Shown: in pieces, positions 37,709-47,357 of the stretch
Layout of the letters: every line of letters begins with the position of its first letter
Numbering within the stretch: the first letter of the stretch is position 1
Source: Escherichia phage vB_EcoM_LNA1
Strand: one strand, 5' to 3'
Sequence record: MZ311863.1
Length of the DNA: 64,000 nucleotides
Program-made: the position numbers and the translations under genes
The notes under the pieces: model-generated
Told to the model about the DNA's origin: nothing
Seen by the model: the letters and a program-made list of their open reading frames with translations, nothing else
Databases searched by the model: none

Positions 37709-37854
37709 AACACTCTAAAGCATTTGAAAAAGTTTTTGGGGATTCCTTAAAAGCCACTGCTGGTAAACCAGCAAAATACTATGAAGAGAAGCGTGTAAGA
37801 ACTGGAAAAACTGCACGTAAAGCAGCTTCTAAAGATAAGCACAACTTCCAGTAA
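37705..37854 (+). CDS. small lysine-rich protein (49 aa, below ORF-track cutoff)
   Basis: ATG at 37705 with GGAGA SD; translated by hand: MKHSKAFEKVFGDSLKATAGKPAKYYEEKRVRTGKTARKAASKDKHNFQ. Confidence 0.3.
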   Translation: MKHSKAFEKVFGDSLKATAGKPAKYYEEKRVRTGKTARKAASKDKHNFQ

Positions 37855-37861
37855 TTAATGT

Positions 37862-37890
37862 TTGACAATAGAGTATCAACAAATTAGAAT
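37862..37890 (+). promoter_or_regulatory. sigma70-like promoter (TTGACA-N17-TAGAAT)
   Basis: Hexamers read directly upstream of the SSB-like gene; short inverted repeat GAGTA/TACTC flanks the -10. Confidence 0.5.
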
Positions 37891-37926
37891 TGGTACTCTT
37901 CATAAATTGAGATAGAGGTTTAAATA

Positions 37927-38784
37927 ATGTCTAAAGTTGTCAAAATGAAAGCTCCGGTAGAGAAGTACAATGGTACTGAACGTCAAACTCTGCGTTACCT
38001 TCTGAAAGATGTTTGGTTCTATTACCTGAACACTTCACCACGTCCGGGAAAAGGTAAATCCATCGATAAGAAATTCCCAGGCAAAGACTGTAACTACAGT
38101 GTTTCAATTCTGGCAGAAGATGGTAACAAGCTGTTTAAAGAGTTTACTAAGTCTAAGAAAAACCCAGAAGGTTGGGATAAAGTTACCACTGAAGCAGTTG
38201 ATGCAGATGACTTCGAAGAGAAGTTTGGTTGCAAACCACCATTTGAAGCAGACACTTACTACATCTTGAAAGTAAGTCGTGCAGCAGCTTATAAAGATGG
38301 TGCTGTGTGGACAGCTAAACAGTCATTCCCTGTAATGCTGATTGAAGAAGTAAACGGTAAGCGTGTAGCTGTTAAACAGCCGATGAAGAAAATCAAAGCT
38401 CAAGCATCTGACAAACATGAAGATGACAAAAACTATGATGTAATTCATCCAGATATTGCAGTTGGTAACGGTTCTTTTGGTAGTGTGATTCTTTCTACTC
38501 ACTTCTACACTTTTGAGAACAATGTTCTGACAAAACCTATTCAGGAACAGTTTATCATTGATACTCTTGTACCTTACACTGGTGGTAACGGTGCTAACGG
38601 TGAACCTGAACTGGATGAAGACGAACTGGCTATGCTTGGTCTTGATGGCGTTGAAGATAATGGTGAAATCACTGAAGAAGACGCAAAAGACCACAAACCT
38701 TCGAATGATTCTGATGATGGTGACGATGAAGACTTGCCAGACCCAGATGACGAAGAAGATGAAGACTTCGATACAGAAGACTAA
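37927..38784 (+). CDS. single-stranded DNA-binding protein (T7 gp2.5-like, putative)
   Basis: 285 aa with highly acidic C-terminal tail (DDGDDEDLPDPDDEEDEDFDTED); strong promoter and SD; sits between primase-helicase and exonuclease. Confidence 0.45.
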   Translation: MSKVVKMKAPVEKYNGTERQTLRYLLKDVWFYYLNTSPRPGKGKSIDKKFPGKDCNYSVSILAEDGNKLFKEFTKSKKNPEGWDKVTTEAVDADDFEEKFGCKPPFEADTYYILKVSRAAAYKDGAVWTAKQSFPVMLIEEVNGKRVAVKQPMKKIKAQASDKHEDDKNYDVIHPDIAVGNGSFGSVILSTHFYTFENNVLTKPIQEQFIIDTLVPYTGGNGANGEPELDEDELAMLGLDGVEDNGEITEEDAKDHKPSNDSDDGDDEDLPDPDDEEDEDFDTED

Positions 38785-38801
38785 TCTCTAAAAGTTACTT
38801 T

Positions 38802-38830
38802 AAAGCCCTGTACTTAGTATGGGGCTTTTT
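38802..38830 (+). terminator. rho-independent terminator (weak)
   Basis: AAGCCC / GGGCTT stem with long loop, then TTTTT. Confidence 0.4.
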
Positions 38831-38846
38831 CATATGGAGAGTCACA

Positions 38847-39887
38847 ATGGAGAAGTACACGCTAACAAAACTTCCCGATTCAGTTACACATGTCTTTATT
38901 GACTCTGATAGTATTGCCTATAAAGGTGCTTGTGTAGTTGAGAAAGCAAAATATAAGTATGTCAATAAACTCACAGCAGAAGAATCTGAACCATTTGATA
39001 ATGCAAAAGATGCGGCAAGATGGTTAGCAGACCAGAGAATCCTTGTGGAAGAACTTGGCCTGACATTTAATGAAGATGAATGGGAAAGACAGACTTGGAA
39101 AGAAGCTAAGAGTGAAAAAGAAGCTATCATGGCTACTCAGCAGGTTCTTCAGGAATGGCTTAAGGTTGTTGGTAAAGAAAGAACTTGGGTAGGTTATTTA
39201 ACAGAGAAGGGTGTACACAAACATAAAGACGTTAAAGGTCTTGAGCACCAATATCAAGGTAACCGTAAAGATGCTGTCACACCAACACACTTAGTTGCTT
39301 GTCGTGAATATCTTCTATCAAGACCAGAGTTCAAACTCTTAAAGGGAGGCTTCGAAGCCGATTCCATCGTAATTGCTAAAGCTGAAAAGATGGGTAAGAA
39401 GGCTGCTCTTATGAGTATTGACAAAGACCTTCGACAAGCTGAAGGGACTTATTGTATTGATATGACTTATGAAAAGTCACCACTAATTTTTATTGCTGAC
39501 AATAATGTTGGTGATATCTGGGATTGCCCTATCAAATCAAAACCAAAAGCTGCAAAAACAGTTGGTGTAGGTTTTAAATTTTTGTGTTATCAGGCTGTTG
39601 CTGGAGATAATGCAGACAACTACTTCGGCCTTAAAGGTGCTGGCAAAGTAGCTGTGATGAATGCTTTAGATGGTAAAGAGACCTATAAAGAGTGTCTTGA
39701 CGCTATCTATGAACTCTATGCTAAAAAAGAGTCTTACACCTATGTGTCATGGGATGGACAGACTGTCACAAAGACACCATTAGAACTAATGGAACAGCAT
39801 TTCTGGATAGCATATCAAGAGAGAAATCCAAAAGATAATTTCTCTTTTAAGAAATATAATTGGGAGCCGTGTATGAATGAAGATTAA
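38847..39887 (+). CDS. 5'-3' exonuclease (FEN family, T7 gp6/T5 D15-like)
   Basis: H3TH-like motif AGDNADNYFGLKGAGKVAV; N-terminal acidic cluster FIDSDSIAYKGA. Confidence 0.5.
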   Translation: MEKYTLTKLPDSVTHVFIDSDSIAYKGACVVEKAKYKYVNKLTAEESEPFDNAKDAARWLADQRILVEELGLTFNEDEWERQTWKEAKSEKEAIMATQQVLQEWLKVVGKERTWVGYLTEKGVHKHKDVKGLEHQYQGNRKDAVTPTHLVACREYLLSRPEFKLLKGGFEADSIVIAKAEKMGKKAALMSIDKDLRQAEGTYCIDMTYEKSPLIFIADNNVGDIWDCPIKSKPKAAKTVGVGFKFLCYQAVAGDNADNYFGLKGAGKVAVMNALDGKETYKECLDAIYELYAKKESYTYVSWDGQTVTKTPLELMEQHFWIAYQERNPKDNFSFKKYNWEPCMNED

Positions 39888-40374
39888 AGGATTTGGCAAT
39901 TGTCCCACCTATGGTCATTGGGTATCTTTATGTGGGGAAGTTGACCCCACTAAACATTTTGGTTTTGTCTATTTAGTACACTGTAAGAAGACCGGACAAT
40001 ATTATATTGGAAAGAAACAGCTTAATAGTGTGACCAAAAGAAAAGTTGCTGGTAAGACTCGGAAGAAGGTAGTCACTAAGGAGAGTGATTGGATGACTTA
40101 TGAGACATCTTCTGAGTATATCAAAAAAGATATCGAGAACTTTGGAAAAGAATTTTTTGACTTTTACATTATCCAAACCTACTACACAAAAGGTGGTCTA
40201 GTTTATGGCGAAGCAAACCTTCAACATAAATTCGATGTAATGACAAAAAGAATTGACTCAAAGCTCAGACTCTTCTACAATGCCAATATTGCAGCAATTA
40301 AGTTTATCACTAAAGAAACTTATGAAGATGCTGAAAAAAGAATCCATAAGGTAATGAAAGCAAATTGTGCTTGA
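39877..40374 (+). CDS. GIY-YIG nuclease domain protein (putative homing/Seg-like endonuclease)
   Basis: GFVYLVHCKKTGQYYIGKK matches GIY-(x10)-YIG spacing; downstream YGEAN; 165 aa. Confidence 0.4.
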   Translation: MKIKGFGNCPTYGHWVSLCGEVDPTKHFGFVYLVHCKKTGQYYIGKKQLNSVTKRKVAGKTRKKVVTKESDWMTYETSSEYIKKDIENFGKEFFDFYIIQTYYTKGGLVYGEANLQHKFDVMTKRIDSKLRLFYNANIAAIKFITKETYEDAEKRIHKVMKANCA

Positions 40375-40395
40375 TAACTATTGAGAGAGAATAAA

Positions 40396-40644
40396 ATGTT
40401 TAACAAAAGTAAAGCTGTGAGTCATGTAGCAAAGGTTGACAGCAAGATTGAAGAACTTGAGCGCACTCTTGCAAATGCCAGAGAGTCAATAATTAAAGAA
40501 GTTGAAGCTGTTGAATCTCAAATGCAGCACCTAATGCTTAAACGTCAAGAGTTACGTGAGCATCTGGAATATATTGAAACACGAGAGCTAAAGGTTAACA
40601 GATATTTTAAGGAGTCCAAATGTTTAACTCAAGAGAATCAGTAA
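40396..40644 (+). CDS. hypothetical coiled-coil protein
   Basis: ATG at 40396 with GAGAGAG SD (track start at 40381 is TTG). Confidence 0.3.
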   Translation: MFNKSKAVSHVAKVDSKIEELERTLANARESIIKEVEAVESQMQHLMLKRQELREHLEYIETRELKVNRYFKESKCLTQENQ

Positions 40645-41375
40645 AAAACTGGAATCTTCGTTGTGGAAACACTCAAAAGCAACCCTACAGCAATGAGTAT
40701 TGGGAATCTTTGAAATCTCAATCTCTATGTATGCTTGAAGAAGCAAAAGAGCTTGTAAAAGCAATTGAAGAGAAAGACCCTATTGAGACACTGGATGCTC
40801 AGGCAGATTTGCAATATGTTCTTGACGGTCTGATTTATCTGTCACAGCATGACCACAATGGCGCTATGGAAGCCGTTTGCCATAATAATGACCTGAAGTA
40901 CACAGACGACTATGAAGAAGCTTTAAAACGTCTTGCAGACATTGAAAAGCGTACTGGTCAAGAGTGTATTATCAGAATGTCAGTAGTTGATGGTAAAGAG
41001 TGGTATGCTATTGTTCGTGCAGACGATGGGAAGATTATGAAGCAATCAAATCTCCCTAAAGTACAGCTTGGTGAATACATTGTAGAACTTGAAAGCCAAG
41101 AACTTTTTGTGGTAGTATCTGAGACATGCGTTATCTGCAAAGGTATTGTAGGTAGCTTAAAGGATTTGGGTGTAGATGGTTTTGTAGAAGTTAATCCAAT
41201 TACCTCTAAAGCAGATAAAGACTTCTGTAAAGAGAACGGACTATGGATTGCAGATATTGTCTACTATGATGGTGAGCAGTTCCATGTAACCTCATACCCG
41301 AAACTGAATTATGATGCTAATAACCTGAAGTGCTGGTTAAAAGGGGTTGGTTATAATGGATTCACAGAACATTAA
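40620..41375 (+). CDS. hypothetical protein
   Basis: 251-aa ORF. Confidence 0.35.
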   Translation: MFNSRESVKNWNLRCGNTQKQPYSNEYWESLKSQSLCMLEEAKELVKAIEEKDPIETLDAQADLQYVLDGLIYLSQHDHNGAMEAVCHNNDLKYTDDYEEALKRLADIEKRTGQECIIRMSVVDGKEWYAIVRADDGKIMKQSNLPKVQLGEYIVELESQELFVVVSETCVICKGIVGSLKDLGVDGFVEVNPITSKADKDFCKENGLWIADIVYYDGEQFHVTSYPKLNYDANNLKCWLKGVGYNGFTEH

Positions 41376-41679
41376 TAAAGAGGGTGTGGCTCAGAAGAGC
41401 CACTTCTCAAACTACAATATTTCTATGACGGTGTTTATGAATGACCCGTTACTAGAAAAATATGGTGAGACTCCAGATACACTTCTGGACAATGAACAAG
41501 TTTTAAAAGCAGTCCTGTACAAATACGGTATTGATATTGAGAAAGAGTATTCTTTTGAAATCTGCCAACACAGAAACACTTTTGGTAAAGTTGTGATGGC
41601 TCCACTCTTTATGGGCGTAGAAAGGACTGACTATGGCTGGTTGTATCTGAAAAGAAACTTGGAGAAATACCGTGTCTAA
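41347..41679 (+). CDS. hypothetical protein
   Basis: 110-aa ORF. Confidence 0.3.
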   Translation: MVIMDSQNINKEGVAQKSHFSNYNISMTVFMNDPLLEKYGETPDTLLDNEQVLKAVLYKYGIDIEKEYSFEICQHRNTFGKVVMAPLFMGVERTDYGWLYLKRNLEKYRV

Positions 41680-42007
41680 AGCAAAAAAGCTATCTTATGA
41701 TGACATTATCTCAGGTGCTAAGTTAGGTGTTGATAGTATCGGACAAGATGTTAAGCACGGAGACACAGTCATGTACTGTGATGACCGAAGAGGTAGAAGT
41801 GCAATCTTGTTTGGAAGAATTGTTTGCAAGATGAGAGGTAATTACGTTGTTGCAGACATGGATGTGAACGTTACACAAAAACTTGAAACAATTATGGATG
41901 CTAGCGCACCATCATGGTTCCTAAATTGTATGCACACCTCGTCAGTCACAAAAGTAAGTGATAAGTTTTACGATATGTGGCAGAATGAGCAAATTTTCAA
42001 GATTTAA
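41672..42007 (+). CDS. hypothetical protein
   Basis: 111-aa ORF. Confidence 0.3.
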   Translation: MSKAKKLSYDDIISGAKLGVDSIGQDVKHGDTVMYCDDRRGRSAILFGRIVCKMRGNYVVADMDVNVTQKLETIMDASAPSWFLNCMHTSSVTKVSDKFYDMWQNEQIFKI

Positions 42008-42013
42008 ACTATG

Positions 42014-42035
42014 GAGCCTCTTCGGAGGCTCTTTT
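42014..42035 (+). terminator. rho-independent terminator
   Basis: GAGCCTC-TTCG-GAGGCTC hairpin (UUCG tetraloop) then TTTT. Confidence 0.65.
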
Positions 42036-42053
42036 CATCTGTAGGATTCAAAA

Positions 42054-44288
42054 ATGATTAAGACAATTAAAAAATCAAACGGCACAGTAGTAAGCTTTGA
42101 CCCAGAAAGACTGAATAAGTGGGCATCATGGGCAGATAAACGTGGGATTATCTGGTCAGAAGTCACTATGGAAGCCATGAAACGTGTCTATGAGGGTTGC
42201 ACTACAAAAGAGATGCACCAAGCCATGATTGATGTTTGTGTTGATAAACAAACTCAAGAGTACTCAGATATGGCTGGACGACTGCTTTTGGGTATTATCT
42301 ACAAAGAAGCCTTTGGAGGCTTTACTAAGGTTCCTACGCTGGTTACCTTCGTTAAAAATATGGAGAGAGCAGGACTTTGGGAGAAGATGGATTATTCACA
42401 GGAAGAGCTTGAATACCTGCAAGGTTACATCGTACACTCAAAAGATATCTCTTACGGTTATGCAGTCTTGAAACAGTTCAGAGACAAGTATGGTATCCGT
42501 GATATTAAAACGGGAAGACTTTTTGAGTCACCACAATTTATGTTTATGGGTATGGCTATGAAAGCTTTTGAGAAGCAACCAAAGCACCGTAGACTGCAAG
42601 ATGTTATCAAGCTGTACACTTATCTATCTGACCTGAAGATTAATGCTCCCACACCTTATTTAAACGGTTTAAGAGCTACTAAATCAGGTTATGCGTCATG
42701 CTGTTTGATTAAGGCGAATGATACTGCTGAATCTCTAGGTATTGCTGCAAAGGTTGCCTATGACATGACCACAAAGCAAGCTGGTATTGGGATGCTGATG
42801 GAGACTCGCACTATTGGTGATGGCATCCGTCAAAATACTATTGAACACATGGGTAAGCTGCCTTATTATAAGCTTGTACGTTCATCTGTAGAGGCAAACA
42901 AACAGAAGAGTCGTGGTGGTTCAGCTAATAACTTCTACACTGCTCTAGACCCGCAGATTGAAGATTTACTGCGTTTGAAGCACCCTACAACGGTTCCTTC
43001 TAAACGTATTAATGAGATGGACTACTCATTCGGCACAAACGATTATTTCTGGCAGTGTGTTCAGTATGATACAGATTGGTTGCTATTCTCTTACAAAGAT
43101 GCACCAAAACTCTATGACATGTTCTACACAGCATCTGCTGATGAGTTTGCTATGGCAGTTGGTCACGCAGTACATACAGGAGTTAAGCACAGACGAGTAA
43201 AGGCTCGTGAAATTGCTAAGCTGTTTATTCAACAGCGTTATGCTACAGGTCGTGTGTATCCATTCTTCACTAACAATGCAAACACACATACACCATTTAA
43301 AGAACCATTGAAGATGTCAAATCTTTGTATGGAAATTGTATTGCCAGTGTATGGTTTTGAGAAAGAGACAGACCTTTACAGAGACGATGCTGTGAAAGAG
43401 GATGGTGAGGTGGCTCTTTGCTTCCTAGCTAGTTTGGTTGCAGGGAGAATTTCAGAAGATGAATACGCTGACGTTGCTTATTATGCTCTTGCAATGGTTG
43501 ACTCCGTTATTGACCTTATGGATTATCCGTATCCGTCGATGCGTAACCATGTTCAGAAGCGTCGTTCTGTTGGGATTGGCCTTACAAATGTGGCTCATTA
43601 CCTTGCGAAGAACTACGTGAACTACTCTTCACGAGCAGGTAAAACGAAACTTCATGAACTTGCAGAGATGCACTCTTACTATCTGCATGAAGCCTCTCTG
43701 AGACTTGCTAAAGAGCGTGGCGTTCCAGAGTACATGAAGTTCACTAAGTATCCTGAAGGCTGGGTTCCTCCAAAGACAGCTAACAAGAAGATTGATGAAA
43801 AGCATGATGCAAAACTACGATATGATTGGGATGACTTAGCACAACGTATCAAAGAAAATGGTGGAATCCGAAACTCTGTATTAGAAGCTTACATGCCTAA
43901 TGAGAGTTCTTCACTAGCAACTAATACGACAAACGGCTTGTACCCAATTCGTGACTTTATTTTAACTAAAAAGTCTGCAACCGGTAACGTACTGTTTATT
44001 GTTCCAGATTATGAAGAACTGAAGTATGTCTATGAAATTGCTTGGGATATTGACACCTTTGATATGATTGATTGTTATGCAATTGTTCAAAAGTTCACTG
44101 GTCAGGCTATCTCTTCAGACTTCTATGTTGACTATGCAAAGTCTAAGAAGGTATCATTGGCTCAAGCTTTGAAGTACATGATTTATGCCAACTCGGTAGG
44201 TATGAAAACCATGTACTACCTTAACAGTCGCATTGGTGTAGGTAAATCTGCACTGCAAGATGCTTATTGCGAGGGTTGTGGTGTTTAG
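42054..44288 (+). CDS. nrdA: ribonucleotide reductase class Ia large subunit
   Basis: N-terminal ATP-cone (IKKSNGTVVSFDPERLNKW); active-site NLCMEIVL; C-terminal YCEGCGV cysteine pair; 744 aa. Confidence 0.85.
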   Translation: MIKTIKKSNGTVVSFDPERLNKWASWADKRGIIWSEVTMEAMKRVYEGCTTKEMHQAMIDVCVDKQTQEYSDMAGRLLLGIIYKEAFGGFTKVPTLVTFVKNMERAGLWEKMDYSQEELEYLQGYIVHSKDISYGYAVLKQFRDKYGIRDIKTGRLFESPQFMFMGMAMKAFEKQPKHRRLQDVIKLYTYLSDLKINAPTPYLNGLRATKSGYASCCLIKANDTAESLGIAAKVAYDMTTKQAGIGMLMETRTIGDGIRQNTIEHMGKLPYYKLVRSSVEANKQKSRGGSANNFYTALDPQIEDLLRLKHPTTVPSKRINEMDYSFGTNDYFWQCVQYDTDWLLFSYKDAPKLYDMFYTASADEFAMAVGHAVHTGVKHRRVKAREIAKLFIQQRYATGRVYPFFTNNANTHTPFKEPLKMSNLCMEIVLPVYGFEKETDLYRDDAVKEDGEVALCFLASLVAGRISEDEYADVAYYALAMVDSVIDLMDYPYPSMRNHVQKRRSVGIGLTNVAHYLAKNYVNYSSRAGKTKLHELAEMHSYYLHEASLRLAKERGVPEYMKFTKYPEGWVPPKTANKKIDEKHDAKLRYDWDDLAQRIKENGGIRNSVLEAYMPNESSSLATNTTNGLYPIRDFILTKKSATGNVLFIVPDYEELKYVYEIAWDIDTFDMIDCYAIVQKFTGQAISSDFYVDYAKSKKVSLAQALKYMIYANSVGMKTMYYLNSRIGVGKSALQDAYCEGCGV

Positions 44289-44343
44289 TTTTAATAACTA
44301 TGAGGGTCGTAAAAGACCCTCTAAAAATAACTTTGGAGAGACC

Positions 44344-44601
44344 ATGAAAGATTTAATAGAAAAACATGAGCGACCTATATACTTGCTCCACAAGCCTCGG
44401 AAAACGATGTACTATGTGAGTAGCACAGACATGATGATAAAACAAAAGGATGACTCATGGGTTGCTGGTATATCTTACATCTCTACAGCAGATGGTAAAA
44501 TCTACGCAAGACCTTATGAGATGTTCAATGAAGAAAATTGGGAAGTTTTAGACAGAAAACAAGCCTTAGAAATGATAAAGAAAGGAGAAATCACACTATG
44601 A
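44344..44601 (+). CDS. hypothetical protein
   Basis: ATG at 44344 with GGAGAG SD; lies between nrdA and nrdB after a stem-loop (44302..44321). Confidence 0.3.
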   Translation: MKDLIEKHERPIYLLHKPRKTMYYVSSTDMMIKQKDDSWVAGISYISTADGKIYARPYEMFNEENWEVLDRKQALEMIKKGEITL

Positions 44602-45671
44602 TTAACCAGCACCCAATCTTTTTAGGCGGTGAGAGAAAAACTTTTGACTCACTTAATAAGCACTACCCAAAAATCTTTGAACTTTATAAACAACAAAAAG
44701 CACAAGACTGGTCAGAAGATGAGTTCCCTTTTGAGCAATCACGTCTTGATTTTGAGAGTGTGCCAGCATCAATGTCAGGTGTAATGCTTGAGATTCTTAA
44801 GTGGCAGTGGGAAGCAGATACCCAAGTTGCTAAGAGCTTGGCATTCGCCTTTGCACCATTCATCTCTGATGATATTTATGCAACTGCAATTATGAAGCAG
44901 TCTGAGATTGAAAACCTACATGCTCTAACTTACTCGGAGATTGTAAGGCAATGTATTAAAAATCCTGAAACAATCTTAGATGAGATTAACCAGAACGTTG
45001 CTGTACAAGACCGATTAAAAACTGTGAATCGTGTTCTTGAAGAATTACTAGATGAAGGTATAAACTACCGACTGAGTTATGTCCGTGGCTCACTTCTGGA
45101 CAAAGACCCTTTACACTTCCATAAAGTGATTCTGAAAGGTCTATTTGCAGTGACTGCACTGGAAGGTATATCTTTTATGGCATCCTTTGCATGTACTTTT
45201 GCACTTGATGCTCAAGATAAATTTCAGGGTATTGCTCAAGCGGTACAGAAAATTATGCTTGACGAAATCCTTCACACTAAAATTGATATTGAAGTTTTAA
45301 AAGAAACTTTAAGAGATGATGAGTGGCAGAAAGCTTTTCAACAAATTCTTCCAGAGATTAAAGTAATCTTAGATGAAGTAGTTGAAAGTGAAGAGAAATG
45401 GTCGTATTATATCTTCTCCGAAGGACGTGCTGTAGTTGGCTTAAATACAAAGCTTCTTCATGAGTGGGTTTACTATAATGCTGCCCCGCTGTATGACATG
45501 TTTGGCATTCAAAGAGATTTTGTAGCTCCTAAAGAACCACCTTTGAAGTACATGATTAAGAAGATGGAAATTGATAAAGAGCAGAATGCTAATCAGGAGC
45601 AACAGAACGGTGCGTACCTGTTGAATACTGTTGTAGACGATTTGAATAGTGGATTTTTAGAGGTTCCTTAA
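44598..45671 (+). CDS. nrdB: ribonucleotide reductase class Ia small subunit
   Basis: Start set at ATG 44598 (AAAGGAGAAA SD), beginning MINQHPIFLGG; ferritin-like diiron protein by position and size (357 aa). Confidence 0.75.
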   Translation: MINQHPIFLGGERKTFDSLNKHYPKIFELYKQQKAQDWSEDEFPFEQSRLDFESVPASMSGVMLEILKWQWEADTQVAKSLAFAFAPFISDDIYATAIMKQSEIENLHALTYSEIVRQCIKNPETILDEINQNVAVQDRLKTVNRVLEELLDEGINYRLSYVRGSLLDKDPLHFHKVILKGLFAVTALEGISFMASFACTFALDAQDKFQGIAQAVQKIMLDEILHTKIDIEVLKETLRDDEWQKAFQQILPEIKVILDEVVESEEKWSYYIFSEGRAVVGLNTKLLHEWVYYNAAPLYDMFGIQRDFVAPKEPPLKYMIKKMEIDKEQNANQEQQNGAYLLNTVVDDLNSGFLEVP

Positions 45672-45913
45672 TGACTTATGTAATTTACTCCAAAACTGGA
45701 TGCCCTCAGTGTGAGACTGCAAAGAATTTTGCAAAAGCTCGTGGTATTGACCACGTTGTGAGAATGTTAGGGCAGGATTATGAGCTATCAGACCTGATGG
45801 ATATTGCACAGATGCCAGTTCGTCAGATGCCATTCATCATGAAAACTGATGGACAAAACCTAAAACCTGTTGGTACGCTACAGAATTTTATGGCAGAGGT
45901 GAATAATGCTTAA
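45671..45913 (+). CDS. glutaredoxin-like protein (NrdH/Grx)
   Basis: Redox motif CPQC near N-terminus (YSKTGCPQCETAK); 80 aa; follows nrdB. Confidence 0.7.
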   Translation: MTYVIYSKTGCPQCETAKNFAKARGIDHVVRMLGQDYELSDLMDIAQMPVRQMPFIMKTDGQNLKPVGTLQNFMAEVNNA

Positions 45914-46112
45914 ACGCCTTTGGGAAGGTTTGGTTGTTGATGCACCAGCTATTGTGATTGGTATGCTTATTGTTAACCTATTTACTGACTTTGAACAAGG
46001 TTCATTGTTTGGAGCCATGTTACTATGGGTTATCTTTGAAATATTAGAGATACAGTTAGGTATCACTGAAAAACTAAGAGAACTCTTTGCGAAGTTTTCT
46101 AAAAAGATTTAA
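45906..46112 (+). CDS. small membrane protein (hypothetical)
   Basis: 68 aa, hydrophobic. Confidence 0.3.
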   Translation: MLKRLWEGLVVDAPAIVIGMLIVNLFTDFEQGSLFGAMLLWVIFEILEIQLGITEKLRELFAKFSKKI

Positions 46113-46120
46113 AATGAAAG

Positions 46121-46141
46121 GGTCTCTTCGGAGACCTTTTT
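46121..46141 (+). terminator. rho-independent terminator
   Basis: GGTCTC-TTCG-GAGACC hairpin then TTTTT. Confidence 0.6.
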
Positions 46142-46160
46142 AGCATGTAAAGGGGCAATA

Positions 46161-47357
46161 ATGAACAAAGTACAGATTATTAAAAAGAATGGCTCACTTG
46201 AAGAACCTGATATCAAAAAAGTTTTAGCAGCAGTCACTAAGTCAGCTAATAGGGTTGGGTATAAAGAACTACCACCAGATGTTACCCAAGCTCTTGAGTC
46301 AGCATTTATGAGGATTCTGGTAAAATCCACTAAGCAGAATAATTTACTCATTTCAGTAAATGATATTCACAGTATTGTTGAGGGTGCTTTGGCAGAAGTC
46401 AATCACGAGATTTATGAGTCTTACTCAACATATAGAAATTACCGTAAAGAAGTTGCTCAAAATTGGGATGAACTCTACCAGAAGACCAAAGATACACTCT
46501 TCTTAGGTGACAGAGAGAATGCTAACTTTGACAGCAGTTTAATTTCTACAAAAGGCTCAATTATTCGTGGTTACCTGACTAAAGAAATCTTTAAACAGTA
46601 CCATTTAACACCAGAGGAACTTGAAGCCATTGAAAAAGGGTTTATCTATATCCATGATTTAAGAGACCTGATTTTTGGTGGTATCAACTGTTGCCTGTTT
46701 GACATTGGCAAAGTGCTGAAAGGTGGCTTTGAAATGTCTGGCATTGAATACTGTGAACCGAAGTCTGTACTGTCAGCCTTACAGGTTATTGGTGATGTAG
46801 TTCTTTCAGCAACTGCACAGCAATTTGGTGGCTTTACTTTAGCAGAGATTGATAAGGTACTTGTACCGTATGCTAAAAAATCTTTAGTGTACCACTCAGA
46901 GAAAGCTGAAGAGTACGGAATCCCTAAAGAGCAACACTATAATTACGTAATGGAGCAATTACAGAATGAGTTAACACAAGGTTTCCAATCTCTTGAAATG
47001 AAACTTAACACTGTTCCTTGCAGTCGCGGTGATTTTGCATTTACTACTCTGACATTTGGTCTGTTGGAACCAGATATGCACAATGAAGATAACCGTCTTC
47101 AGTTTATGATTGCCAATACAATCCTTAACGTAAGGATGAACGGGCAAGGAAAAAGCAAAAAACCTGTTGTGTTCCCTAAACTTGTTTATATCTATGAAGA
47201 AACGAGACATAAGCTTGATGTATGCCAAGCAAGGTTGTTTGAAAAAGCTATTGAGTGTTGCTCTAAAGCGATGTATCCAGATTTCTTAAGTGTGTCTGGT
47301 CATGGTGCTGTAGCAGAGGCTTTTGAGCGTTCTGGTAAGGTAATTTCACCGATGGGT
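46161..47357 (+). CDS. nrdD: anaerobic ribonucleotide reductase (class III), exon 1
   Basis: ATP-cone at N-terminus; ends ...ISPMG immediately before intron; the in-frame TAA at 47358 is intronic. Confidence 0.75.
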
